A DNA stretch of 64,000 bases, taken from contig NC_068983.1 in NCBI RefSeq assembly GCF_001194135.2, positions 142,029,600 to 142,093,599 on the forward strand, written 5' to 3'. Made by a program: the position numbers and the translations under genes. This DNA comes from Octopus bimaculoides. Taxonomy: Eukaryota. This document shows positions 12,423 to 24,980 of this stretch, one piece after another (position 1 is the first letter of the stretch; each line of letters opens with the position of its first letter). The notes below the pieces were generated by a model. That model was not told where the DNA came from. It saw only the letters and a program-made list of their open reading frames with translations, and did no database searches.

Positions 12423-12871
12423 GTTTCTTATTTCTAAGGAAACGGACAAAAAAGTAAAAAAAACTTTTTTTAATACTCTTCAAATGTTTCTAACTGTTAT
12501 GTTTACTGTTTATATAAATATCAGTAAGGTAGTGGAATATATTTGATAAATTTTTTCCCTTAATAAAATTTTGATTGTTAACCTCGTCTTAAGAATGAAA
12601 ACTGACTACTTTTCAGTTGGTTTGATTTCTGATCATCATCAGAGCTGTATCATTTTCATGGATGTGTTCTTAGTACCAAACTGGATTTGAATTTGAAACC
12701 TTTCCCCTTTCTCCAAAAAATAAAAGAATAAAAGAAAGAAAAATTAGCTTTGTGGAAACAAGTTTTATTATACCACATATTTCTGATCAGCTTCTGAATT
12801 TTTATATATAGATACTTTTTATTTGTTATGGCAGATAGAAATTAGATGAATGGTCATTTAATAAAAGGTAA

Positions 12872-13265
12872 TTATCATCATCATCATCATCATCATCATC
12901 GTTTAACATCTGTTTTCCATGCTGGCATGGGCTGGATGGTTTGACTGAGGTCTGGAGAGCCAGCAGCTGCAAAAGGCTCCAATCTGATCTGGCAATTATT
13001 CTACAGCTGGATGTCCTTCCTAACGCCAACCATTCCAAGAGTGTAGTGGGTGCTTTTTGTGCCACTGACACATGAGCCAGCAATGATGGCGTTCAGATGG
13101 TCCTTTTTACGTGCCACCAGTATGGGAGCCAGTCTGGGGGTACAGGCATCAGCCACATTCAGTTGGTGCTTTTTACGTGCCACCGGTACGAGAGCCAGTC
13201 AGGGGCACCGGCCCCAGCTACGATATTGGTTTTACTTGACTCAGTAGATCTTCTCAAGCATATCA
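12872..13265 (-). mobile_element. (GAT)n-tail retroposon 3' part
   Basis: (CAT)n, CTGGATGTCCTTCCTAACGCCAACC, internal TTTTACGTGCCACC repeats. Confidence 0.85.
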
Positions 13266-13771
13266 TATCACCCGACACATCTGGGGTATTCTTAAAAGGA
13301 CATGTGTGGCTGCAATCTCACTTTAGTGACTGTATACACATTAAATATTGTATCGGCTAACTTGATATGGAAGGTCATTTTGTAACCAGTGTTCTCAAAA
13401 TAATACCATGTGTTGTGCACCTAGTTTAATCAGATTTATTAATTACTCTGGTCTTCAAATTTTTCTTCGTTACCTCCTTAAAAATTTCATCATAAATATC
13501 CATGTGTTTTCTTAAACATAATGCTGGTATGTTTTGCATATTAAAAGGTGGGTGGATGGCAGAATCAGTAGTGCTCTCAAAATGCCTTTCTATTACATCT
13601 TTGTACTTTGAGTTCAAATTCCACTCTGGTTGATTTTGCTTTTTATTCTTCTGGTGGGAAGGAGTCAGCAAAAAATATGCACCAGTCAAGTATTGCTCCC
13701 TCTTTCAAAATTTGTAGCTTTGTGCCTGTATTAGAAATTCTGATGTGTGTACTAATCTTTTCTTCATCCAG

Positions 13772-13828
13772 ATTGGCTCCTATGATAAGCAGCTGTGGGA
13801 ACAATCAGTAGAAAAAAAACTTTATAAG
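13772..13828 (+). CDS. PHTF: PHTF coding exon 2: IGSYDKQLWEQSVEKKLYK
   Basis: TACTAAT branch-like site, acceptor CCAG, donor AAG|GTATGT; 57 nt, phase 0-0; matches IGAYDQQIWEKSVEQ. Confidence 0.95.
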
Positions 13829-13925
13829 GTATGTATTTAACATAGTTCTTTAAACTGATCATTCTAAAATGTTGTTATTAATGTTTGGCCTATAATAAAG
13901 CATTTGCAGCAGTAGTATACCTGAC

Positions 13926-13962
<37 letters not shown>

Positions 13963-13972
13963 NNNNNNNNNN

Positions 13973-14008
<36 letters not shown>

Positions 14009-14889
14009 AAAATAGAATTAAAAACATGAGCACATATATGTTTATTATTAATAGCCAGTAGAAGTTACAGAGCAACTCAAGAGCCAAGAGTTACATGTGT
14101 TGCCAACACATTTATCTCTCACCCCTTGAGTTACTCTGTAACTTTTGTTGATTATTAAAACTAAAATGTATGTAATATATACACAGTGCTTGCACACACA
14201 CATATACATACAAACATAGATATTACTGTAACTATTTCTATACTTAAAGTGCTCTTGGTTATAATTTTGCCAGAGTTAAATTTTTTTATCTTTTTACATC
14301 AGCGTAAGATTAATTCAATGGACTACTTTAACCCAGAGAAAAAAATTTCTCTATTATCTCTCATCCAGACTTGATTCTTGTATTTGTTATTTCAGTGACA
14401 ATGCAGTTGAGATGGCTTTTATTTTTAGTTATTCTTTTTTAAATATTGTTTCCATCCATTTTAATATTGGTGATGTATTTTGATATATTTGTACATACTG
14501 TTTAAAGAATTGTTCGCAGAAAACATTCTCATTTATTTATTAACCCTTGGTCTCTGCTTAGAATTCTGAAGTGCAACTAGTTGTAAAATCTAGCTTTGCC
14601 ATACATATTCCTGCCTTTCTATAGATGATGTGAGGAGATCAGTCAAGTAGATTTGCTTAACCAATACAAAATAGAAAATTAGCCATTAAATGAAATGATA
14701 AAAAAAATGATATCATGTCTGTCAAATTGGGCCATTCTCTAACAAAAAGGGCTTCATTTAGAAAGTGCTTTTGCATTCAGAAAATGGAGAAAATGACATT
14801 GACCAAAACAGAAGATTTGCTAAAACTGAAATCATGTAGAATGTTATTGGCTGTAAAACATTGCTGTCATTTTTATATAAATTTGTTTC

Positions 14890-15720
14890 ATGATAATAAT
14901 TGGACATGTTAACCTAATCTTCGACAGCACAAAAACAGAATTGCTAAACATATCAAGAAAACAGTCTTATACCATCAGTAAATTATTGGTATGCTGACAG
15001 GAGAAGGCCTGCAACATGACTATTAATGAACATCATACAAATGTTAGGCCTCATAATCAGTAATATTGTTAAAACTTCACCCCGCAAACCATTCTTCTTC
15101 TTTAGGGTCACGAAATATTTCAGTTCTGATCAGTTGCTGACTCTCTATAAAGCACAAATAAGATTCACATTAGAGTATAACTCATATATCTGGAACAGTG
15201 TCTTCTGCAATAGTTCCAGGTTAACCAACCTTATGACTGAAATTTGGTTGATGGAAACTGCATGACAGCACATCACAGTTCTTATTCTCAGACTATATTC
15301 AAAAGGAAGACTTTTAAGTGATTGGCTATGATTTCATTACCAACAGGATTCAACAATGAGCCCTTAGATGTTTCTTTTCTCTCTTTCTAACCACATGCCA
15401 ATGACTTTTGCTTTTTTTTTTTTTAATCTAGCTATGTGTGTACGCTATCAACTCGAGTTTACTTGATTGGGTATTTCTCTCCCTTTCATCTTTGTGTTTT
15501 TCTTCTCTGGCCCTTTCATTGAATGCTGCCTCAGTCTGGAAATCCCACCCCATGCATGTTTTCATCAGGATATCAACCTGCAGAAGTTCAAACTGAATGC
15601 CAATCTCATAAGTCAGAGAAGACCAGCGAAAACCATGAGTTCTTACTCTGTCTTCCTTTCACCTGCTGCTGCTGATGATAAGTTAGGCCCATGGCCAACA
15701 ATTTTAGTGGAATGGGGTTA
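14890..15720 (+). mobile_element. Decayed CR1/Jockey-type LINE ORF2 3' region
   Basis: Peptides NLIFDSTKTELL, KYFSSDQLLTLYKAQIRFTLEYNSYIW and INLQKFKLNANLI resemble post-RT LINE motifs; multiple stops and deletions. Confidence 0.7.
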
Positions 15721-15954
15721 GTCAGTTAGATTGACTCCAGTAAATTGCTCTTAGCTGAGTTCTATTAGTCTAATTTGACTGAGCAATTTCCAAGATGTTT
15801 GATTGGCTTAATGAAACTTCTTAGGAATAACTCACAAGTCTGGTACTCTGTATATGCTACCATATTTCATGTGTGTTTCAGTCAACTTTTTTTGGATTAA
15901 CATTCTTATTCTACCAGCTGTTTTTTTTTTTTATCAGTAGGCTGTTTTAAAGTT

Positions 15955-16205
15955 AATCATCATCATCATCATCATTTAACGTCTGCTTTCCATGCTAGCA
16001 TGGGTTGGATGATTTGACTGAGGACTGGTGAACCAGGTGGCTACACCAGGCTCCAATCTGATTTGGCAGAGTTTCTACAGCTGGATGCCCTTCCTAACGC
16101 CAACCACTCTGAGAGTGTAGTGGGTGCCTTTACGTGCCACCGGCACGAAGGCCAGTCAGGCGGTACTGGCAATGGCCATGCTCAAAATGGTGTATTTTAC
16201 GTGTG
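15955..16205 (-). mobile_element. (GAT)n-tail retroposon 3' part
   Basis: Very similar to the reverse complement of 32700-32926. Confidence 0.88.
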
Positions 16206-17539
16206 CAAATGGAAGTTGTTTTGAAATAGTTCTTGGCGTCCCTTATATAAGGTTTAGATGCTATAATGTGCCTTCAGTAATATTCTCACTCATACAAGAA
16301 AACCAATGTATTTCCCGCTGCTAGTCACATACAGACCTGTAATTGAAGTTTCTCTCTGTTTTGCAACCTTGACACTGGTTTTTATCTGATTAATTACAAC
16401 TACTGCAACCTGATACCAGTAATTATCTTCAGATATTTTTTATCATTTCATATCTTTATCATTCAACATCTGATCAGAAGCTATTCTCTTGCAGATGGTT
16501 TTGGAAAGAGAGCAATGTATGTAGCCTGCTAGTCTTAAACTCAGTTGAAATGCTTTAAAGAAAAAAAGATAAAACAAAAAAAAAAAAACAAGTAATTAAA
16601 ACGAGACAGTTTATCAAACATTACTGCTATGATTTGGCTAGTCTACCTTAGAAGTGACATAATAAGAAAGGGGTCAAGTATAGGATGTCTGTATGCTTAT
16701 GTATGTGTTTGTGTAAATATTGATGTATACATGTATCTTATGACAGTAGATTTAACCTCAGCTGACGTCTTTTTTGCTAGATATATTTGCTATACACTCC
16801 TTGTAGTTTTGTAAATAACTCTCTCATTCCAATTTCTTGATATCCCTCCCTCCCTACCACTGTCTGTTGGTCTCTCTCTGTATATCCCACTTATTCTCTC
16901 TTCCTTCCGTTCTCATTTTACGTTATTCTCTTGACACTTGTTGAATCCTTACAGGAACTAGGAAGGCTAAATATTCAGAGCCAAATATTAGCCATGTCCT
17001 ATTTATGGCCACCACTTACCTAAATTGTTTAGTGTGTTTTTTTTTGTTTATTAGTTAGTTAATAATACCAATGATATAAATGTAAGTTAAAAGAAATGTC
17101 TTAAATATGAAGATGCAGGCTTTCATGGTAGGTTAGCATTTCTCGATTTCATTTTCAGTTAAGAAAAAAATCAAATAAAAACTAAAAAAGAAAAAGCCAT
17201 TTCTAAATTGTCTACATTATTTTATGCTTTGTATAAGTGTGCATGCTTCTTTTTCTTTAACACTTTATGTAGAATATGTTTTTTTTGTTTATAGTTACAT
17301 GTATATATGTTAATGTACACATGCAAGTCACGTTAACTATTCTTATTTTCGTAACTCTCAAGGATAAATTTTATTACATAAGTTTTATTTAATCTAGATT
17401 TACTCTGTTGCTTGTCTACATGAACTACGTGGTTCATTTTTAGTTTGACGGCAAATTATGATTTCTTTAAAAATAATAATGTTTATTGATATCTAATAAA
17501 ATTTATTTGTGATTAAAAAATTAGTTAGCTCTGTACAAC

Positions 17540-17616
17540 TCTTCTTCTTCTTCTTCTTCTTCTTTTTCTTCTTTTTCTTCTTCTTCTTCTTCTTCTTCTT
17601 CTTCTTCTTCTTCTTC
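17540..17616. repeat. (TTC)n microsatellite, ~25 units
   Basis: Seen directly. Confidence 0.98.
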
Positions 17617-18385
17617 ATTAATAATGACAGTAATTTACAGTTAAGTTTAATCCGTTACTACATAATGCTATCTATCTGTTCAACGCTGTCTACCATATAT
17701 AGAAACAGTTCTTCAAAATATGGAGCTTGTTTCTGTTTAGATTTTAACATTTCTCAGTTTTATTTCATTTCTGCTGATTTCAATCTCATTGCATTTATGA
17801 GTGTCGTTAATTTTTATTTTTGGTCATTATCATATTTGTGATTGGTATTACCGCCAAGCATAGACACACATACATGTATACACACACATACATGTATAGA
17901 CACACACACAAACTTGTTTTACAGAACTTATTTCTTACATGTCTCTCCTACATCTAAAAAGCAAAATAAGATTTGAACCAGTGTGTGTGCATCTATATGT
18001 ATGTGTCATTATCATTTAACATCCATGTTCCATGCTATATAATGTATGTGTATCTGTATGTATATATATATATATGTGTGTGTGTGTGAGTGTATAAAAA
18101 GGTTGAATTAGATTTGTCCTTTAATTTGGAGGTTTCCAAAAATGATTTCTAGTATGCTGATAGCTTACCGGCATAAATTTGTGAATATGAAAATAATACT
18201 TGTATATGATGTGTTGTGAATTTATGGAAAGAAATCCTGTAAAACTCAATGATTTTGTTAAAAATGGAGATGTTAAAATATATAAGAGAACTTATATATT
18301 TTAACATTTTCTCTTCTCCATTTAAAAAAAAAATTGTTGAGTTTTATGGGATTTCTTTCCATAAATTCACAACACACCATATACA

Positions 18386-18441
<56 letters not shown>

Positions 18442-18638
18442 GGTTATGAGAGGTAATGGTGTCAGTAAGACCCAAAGGTATCAGGTAATGTTGAGTAAGT
18501 GCTATGGATAGACCATAGTTAAGCTCCAGGTTCGGTGATTATGCGAATAAGGAGTCCAACGTAGGTCATATATCAGCGTGCGTATATATAAAAAATTTTT
18601 TTCAGAATGAGATAAAAAAATCAAGGTTGTGAAGAAGG

Positions 18639-18798
18639 ACCCACTACACTCTCGGAGTGGTTGGCATTAGGAAGGGCATCTAACTATAGAATCCTTGCTA
18701 GATCAGATTGGAGCCTGGTGCAGCCTCCCGGCTTTCCAGTCCTCAGTCAGACTGTCCAACCCATGCCGGCATGGAAAGCAGGCATTAAACAATGAAGA
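18639..18798 (+). mobile_element. (GAT)n-tail retroposon 3' part
   Basis: CCCACTACACTCTCGGAGTGGTTGGCATTAGGAAGGGCATC...CCAACCCATGCCGGCATGGAAAGC. Confidence 0.85.
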
Positions 18799-18828
18799 TA
18801 TATATAATGTATGGGTGTGTGTGTATAT

Positions 18829-19059
18829 CATCATCATCATCATCATCGTTTAACATCCGCTTTCCATGCTCGCATGGGTTGGACGATTTGACTGAGGACT
18901 GGTGAAACCGGATGGCAACACCAGGCTCCAGTCTAATTTGGCAGAGTTTCTACAGCTGGATGCCCTTCCTAACGCCAACCACTCAGAGAGTGTAGTGGGT
19001 GCTTTTACGTGTCACCCGCACGAAAACGGCCACGCTCGAAATGATGTCTTTTATGTGCC
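18829..19059 (-). mobile_element. (GAT)n-tail retroposon 3' part, runs into gap
   Basis: Reverse complement of the family tail; inverted relative to 18639-18798. Confidence 0.88.
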
Positions 19060-19619
19060 NNNNNNNNNNNNNNNNNNNNNNNNNNNNNNNNNNNNNNNNN
19101 NNNNNNNNNNNNNNNNNNNNNNNNNNNNNNNNNNNNNNNNNNNNNNNNNNNNNNNNNNNNNNNNNNNNNNNNNNNNNNNNNNNNNNNNNNNNNNNNNNNN
19201 NNNNNNNNNNNNNNNNNNNNNNNNNNNNNNNNNNNNNNNNNNNNNNNNNNNNNNNNNNNNNNNNNNNNATGATATGATATATATATATATATATATGTAT
19301 AACGTGAGAGAGTTAGGGGTTGGGGGTTCGACCCACTAAGGGATAGTATCTATCCAGTATACTGCTGGGAGGGTACCCAATTATTGCTACACTAGTGCTA
19401 TACTAAGTGCAATCAATGGGAGCAGGTAAAAGTGGAGGTTTTACCCCAAATTTGTATAACAATTAGAAAATGGAGGATAATATGCTGAACCCAACTACTT
19501 GCAGACGATGTAACCCGTTGAATTCATTAATTTAATTCATAGCAAAAGTGACAAAAAAAAGAAAGAAAAAGAAAGAAAGAACCAAAGCACAGGTGTCTAT
19601 GGCAGACTATGTTATTTTG

Positions 19620-20155
19620 CCAACCTATCTGAGAAAAAGTTATTGAAAATCACCTGGCAAGACAAGGTCCCAGACACAGGTCTTCTCTCAAGCTAATCTG
19701 CCAAGCATTTATACACTGCTGACGATTGCAGGTCAGGTGGGCAGTCTACCTTGTTTGAATGTATGACACATGACTACCCAAAAGACTGTTTTACAGTGAA
19801 TTGGCAGATGGCAGATGATAAGGTTGGCAAAAAAATCACTTCAAAGTTACACTAAAGCTTCACTGAAGTGCTTTCTGTTCAACCTCGGCATCTGGGAACT
19901 GCATGGCATAGCTGCACCAACAGAGGTGTCACCTCTCATGAACAGAATAGGACCACAGAAGCACAAAAAAAAAAAAACGTGAGCTGCACATGTCCAAAGC
20001 CAACTCTTTGCCCTCATTCCCAGCCAACCACCAGAGCTCAACCTTCAACAAAACCTTCTGAGCACATATCGGCCTGATCAGCCACAGCCAGATGCACCGT
20101 AACTCATCTTCTCCCATTTGATGTTCTTGGTCATCATTGGGAACAACAAATGAAC
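19620..20155 (+). mobile_element. RTE/BovB-like LINE 3' end, decayed
   Basis: Frameshifted peptides LLKITWQDKVPDT, LPKRLFYSEL, EQNRTTEAQKK, AHIGLISHSQMH match RTE-BovB-type ORF2 C-termini. Confidence 0.8.
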
Positions 20156-20166
20156 ATTATTATATA

Positions 20167-20212
<46 letters not shown>

Positions 20213-20215
<3 letters not shown>

Positions 20216-20477
20216 TCAAAAAGGGATAAAAATCTTTTACAAGAATTTTATCAGGAAGCCAGTGTGTAAAAAAAATTCATACGGGAAATTTCTATTCCCA
20301 AGAATATAATTATTCGTTTAATACTATGAACAATACTATGCTGATGAGCGGAGTCTAGATTAATTCTAGTAATCGCGAAATCGGTCGATACATAGTTTAA
20401 TACTAAATGTGTTTATTTTAGGAAGTCCAGTGTGTGGCATTATTCTGTAGTAATGCCCCTTATATAAATATAAACGA
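20213..20477 (+). mobile_element. Probable Penelope-like terminal-repeat / retrozyme remnant carrying the hammerhead
   Basis: Non-repetitive island between two TA-rich tracts containing the hammerhead; minimal type I hammerheads are characteristic of PLE repeats. No PLE ORF visible. Confidence 0.45.
20335..20396 (+). ncRNA. Minimal type I hammerhead ribozyme motif (Penelope/retrozyme-like)
   Basis: ACTATG-CTGATGA-[GCG...CTAGA ttaat TCTAG...CGC]-GAAA-TCGgtCGA-TA-CATAGT: stem I 6 bp, intact CUGAUGA and GAAA core, stem II, 3-bp stem III, AUA cleavage triplet. Confidence 0.85.
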
Positions 20478-21344
20478 ATATATATATATGAATCATAAGG
20501 ATTCAATAGAACCATGGCACATTAACATGTAGGATGCTTGAAATGGCTAGGTACAATAACATAAAGTTCACAGTGAGGTAAACAACTCAGTTGAAAATAA
20601 TGAGAAACAAAGACTCTAATCAGGGAGATGGTACATATGTTTAGCTAGTTAAAAAAATATAAGCAACGCAACAAACTAACCTTCTCCATGGTAGTTATGG
20701 TAAAAACTGCATGCTGGGATCAGGTGCCCTTTTCTCTCCATGCTGTCAGACATGCCTACAATAGCAATCCCCAACAGATCCTTGGTGCTGTGACACCACT
20801 TCCCAGCACAAATCCTCAGATGCAAGTTTTGAGCTTTCAAGTCAAGGAGGTCATATCATGTTAGAGGTGGAGAATCACATAGTTCTCTCAGGTCTTACCT
20901 AATATGGACTGCCATTTCCTCATCACATAGAACTTGTATTTGATGTTTATCATTCACTGTATTGCTGATAGGGGATTCTGCTACTAGAGCTTGGTGATGG
21001 TCCTCATCAACTTGCTGGGTTTGTCACTGATGATGTTTTGGACCTGCTGGACAAACCCAGCCATCCTAAAGACATCTGATTACTAAGAATTTTTGTCTTG
21101 GCCATGGGTAAGCCATCCTTGCCAGAGGTCTTCAGCTCTTTCCTGATCCTTGGCACAAAGGACCTTCCCATGTTCAAAAAGTTGGCAGTCTCTGAATTGA
21201 TTTAACAGACTGTTGGAGCTGTAACCTCTGTGTATCTCTTTGCTTTATTGATGCTGCTGATATAGCTGAAAGAGAAATGAGTGAGTTAAAACTTGGTACA
21301 TGTCATGGCAAATTACGTGAGATTGTCTCTCACTTATGGCCTGT

Positions 21345-21628
21345 TAAGGTTTTTTCAGCCTCAGGCTGACTAAAGCTTTGTGAGTAAATTTAGTTGACAA
21401 AAACTGTACAGGAGTCTGCTGAATGTGTGTGTGTAGGTGTGTGCTTGTACACCCTTGTCCTGACATCTTGTAAACAAACATCACTGTTATGTAAAGCATA
21501 TTTGGCCATGGAAAATATACAGTTCCTTACTTGGCAACAGGAAGGGCATCTGGGTGTAGAAAAGTTATCTCAACAAATTTTGTCTGACCCATGGAAGCAT
21601 GAAAATGGGGGCATTAAATGATTATGAT
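21345..21628 (+). mobile_element. Degenerate SINE: head H1 - (GT)n hinge - CAGGAAGGGCATC - (GAT)-type tail
   Basis: Same module order as 28717-29013, 44201-44498 and 56216-56659. Confidence 0.6.
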
Positions 21629-22400
21629 ATATTACATATATAAATTACAATTTTTTTTTTTTCCATCATCATTTTTCTATTCTTTTCTATCCTGGTGCGG
21701 ATTAGATAAGACTTCTTGAGCAATATTTCACAGTACATGGCCTTTCTGATGCCAACCCTTACTTGATTTCAAGTTAGGTATTTTATTTTAGAGCTGTTTG
21801 CATATCAAAGTGCTGAACAAGATGTTTTGTTTATGGGCGTTGTAGACAAAGATTATCACTGCCCGAGTGAAGACCAACATGCACAGGTACACGCAAACAC
21901 ACAAACTCACAATTTACTTCAGTGGTTTCCACTGACTAAATTTCACTCACAAGACATTGGTTAACCAAAGACCATATTAGAAAACACTTTTTCAAGGTGC
22001 TCTTCATTTAGATCAAACACAAAACCATTTGCTTATGAAGCCATACCTTTTTCTACCGCATATGCATATGTGTGTATAAAACCCTATTTGTAAATTGAGA
22101 GAAAAACACATGGGCTCAATGTGTTATAAAGTAGTACATACATCTAGTAATCATGAGATATGTGGTTCAGTTTCCATCAGTAGGTGCATTGTTTTACATA
22201 CACATTTCCAACTAAAGCAGGTTAATTTTTTTCATGTAAATTTTGCATTTGTTCTCAGTTGGAAATATTTTATGGTACATCTTTATACCTTTGGAAAGTG
22301 CATGACCAAGAAACATTGCCTTTTATTGATTTGTTTTTTTTTTTTACAATTCCTAAATTTCTTGCCTATATAAGATTTATTTTTCTCTGTCTTTTTTTAG

Positions 22401-22470
22401 TCAATAAATAATGTTCCTCGTAGAATTGGTCGGATGAAGACAGAATTCATAGATGTTGACTTGGTGCGAG
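22401..22470 (+). CDS. PHTF: PHTF coding exon 3: SINNVPRRIGRMKTEFIDVDLVR(G)
   Basis: TTTTTTAG acceptor, GAG|GTAAGA donor; 70 nt, phase 0-1; IDVDLVRG motif. Confidence 0.96.
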
Positions 22471-23085
22471 GTAAGAGTAATTAAATGCTAAGAGAAATGA
22501 ATTTTATTGTGTCAGTAGCAGAACTCTCTGTAAAGGCTTTGGTTATTTTGTGCATGCTACATAGCTGAAATATTAAACAAAGATTTGAACATTTAGCTTT
22601 TCTCAGATCAGCAAATAAAATCTTTTCTGTCAGTTCTACTGTCTAAACAGCCTAGTTAACAACTGGGGTGTCACAGCCAGGCACTGAGAATGCTGCAGTA
22701 TATTACTCTAGATATATCTCATCTGACTTGAAACCATTGTTCTTCTTTCACTTGTCATTCTTATTCTGGTTGAATACTGCTGTAGAATATGCCAGAGACT
22801 TAATCCCTTACATAAAAAAGACTATGCAGTTTGTTTGTGACTGGATTCTTTCTAATGAAAGTGTTAAAAAATGTCATAGTTGTCTTTACTATTTACCTTA
22901 TTGCTTTGCTGGTGTTTGGAGTACAATAAAGCAGGGTTGTAGAGCATCACTAATTTCTAAAGACTTAAATTGGTTTTTTTTTTATCTAAGTATTTATGTC
23001 AATTAAATGTAAATCAATTTTCATCTTTAAATATAAAGTTAATCATCCCCTAAGTCATTATTGTTTAATTTTCTGTTTCATTCAG

Positions 23086-23182
23086 GCTCTACATTCACTA
23101 AAGCTAAGCCCCAAGTTCCTTGGACAAGGATTACTCAACGTGCTGTGTTACGAGTAATGTTTTTCCCACTCTATTACAAATG
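23086..23182 (+). CDS. PHTF: PHTF coding exon 4: STFTKAKPQVPWTRITQRAVLRVMFFPLYYK(W)
   Basis: TTCAG acceptor, ATG|GTGAGT donor; 97 nt, phase 1-2; matches SAFAKAKPESPW...RVVFFP. Confidence 0.96.
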
Positions 23183-24193
23183 GTGAGTTTTTTCGGTATC
23201 TATTTTCATGACACAAGATACATTTTAGTTTATCATCCTCTCTGGACAAAGTCACCAGCTTCATTTTTCTGTATTCAAAGCAATACACGGGTTGGCATGG
23301 TACCTTGATCATCTTTAAAGTATTCCAAGTTTTTGTTCTTTCCAATTTTATCTTGTTTAAGAGCTGCAGCTGGCCAATTATCAGCTGATGTGTCAATGGT
23401 TTGTATCTCATGTTTGACCTGCTGTATCTGTCATAAATACACTCAGTGCTGAAATGCCTCACTTCAATTGTTATAATATAGATATCTTCAATATAGCATG
23501 ACATAATTCTGTAAGTAGTGAGTGTATTGTTTAATTGAAGAGTGTAGTACTGAGTTGAAATTCTCAGAGTGTAGCTTGGAAAGCAAGGCACTCTTCACAC
23601 TGATTTTTCTTGGGTACATCAAATGAAAACAATCCTCACGTTATACCCTACCATCTCAAAATTGGTTAAAGATATCCCTTAAGTGATTGACTTACTATGA
23701 TTGATATAATGCATCATTCTGTCGCTTTTCTGTATGATTAAAACTCTTGTACACTTCAGATTATCTTTCAATTATATTGTGTGTAATCCATTTTTCTCAT
23801 AGGGTAAACAAAACAGTCTGTAATAAAATCAGAACCAGGAAATAAAAGTTGAGAGTACTCAAGGAAAGAAAATGAAATCTGCTGTGGTTAGATTGTTAAA
23901 AAAAATTAAGGCTTTTGATAAAGTTAGTAGATAGAAAGCCAGAGTTTTCTGATGGATCTAACCTTGGTAGAGAACAATAGTTGATTAGTAAAGTTTATAT
24001 AAGCTTAGTTAATTTTTATACTACTTTAGCAATATTCATGATAGATCCTGTTGAGGGCTATAGAACAAGTGGCCATCTCAGGATAAACTAAGCCTGTGAC
24101 TCAAGTAGGAAGCTTATTCATGTCACATACGCAGCCACCATGTTTGTCATGCCAAATGTTTGTAACAGATTTTTTAACATTTTTTTTTTTCAG

Positions 24194-24308
24194 GTGGATA
24201 CAGCAAACATCCAGATCCTTTTGGCTTGCAATGCTTGTTTTGTACACATTCCAACTTGTAGCAATAGTACTTTACATCAGTAATGTTGGCGAGTACCTGA
24301 AAACTGAG
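24194..24308 (+). CDS. PHTF: PHTF coding exon 5: WIQQTSRSFWLAMLVLYTFQLVAIVLYISNVGEYLKTE (TM segment)
   Basis: PolyT-CAG acceptor, GAG|GTAAGA donor; 115 nt, phase 2-0. Confidence 0.95.
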
Positions 24309-24980
24309 GTAAGAATAGATTGATTTTGGTTTAGTTGTAATAATTGACACAATAAACTTTAAAACAAAATCAAGAAAGAATAACCCTAATAAAAGTATAT
24401 AAAAGAAAGAAATCAGATATGAGTCTGAATTTTTCTACAGGAGCAGATATTTTACAGTATTATATACTGCAAAAGATCTGATTCTGTAGAAAAATTCAGA
24501 CTATCAATTTCAGCATTCATGTCCAAAAATGTGATTGTTGGTTCAACCAATAGATTATGTTAAACAAGGATTATTTTATATGATTATAGCTTTATTCAGG
24601 AATTAGTACATCTTTGTCAATGGATCAATAAGCCCCTTTTATATGAGAGACTCAATTCAACTGAAAGATAATAGTTAGAAGAAACTCTTGAGAACTGTAA
24701 GAAAATTGTTTTAGATTTATCTTCAGAATATAAGTGTTCCAATAGCATAGGGGTTCCCACTAAGAGCTGGGGTATGAGATAGCATATCAGGAGTGCAACA
24801 AAGTGGTAAAGTATATATTTTACTAAAGTCATTTTTCAGAATGAAATTGGTAACTAACTCTTAAAAATAACTATTCTTCTATGCACCCCAAAAGCTTTGT
24901 TATTCTATATATGTAGATTTAACCATTAATAGATTATTATCTAAAAGTGTGTCCTCATTGTATTCGTAATGACAGATTTG

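Noticed and set aside
20680-21260. GC-richer stretch possibly from a LINE (also 10600-11400, 58400-58900)
   Set aside because: No diagnostic motif recoverable in any frame by eye; left unannotated.
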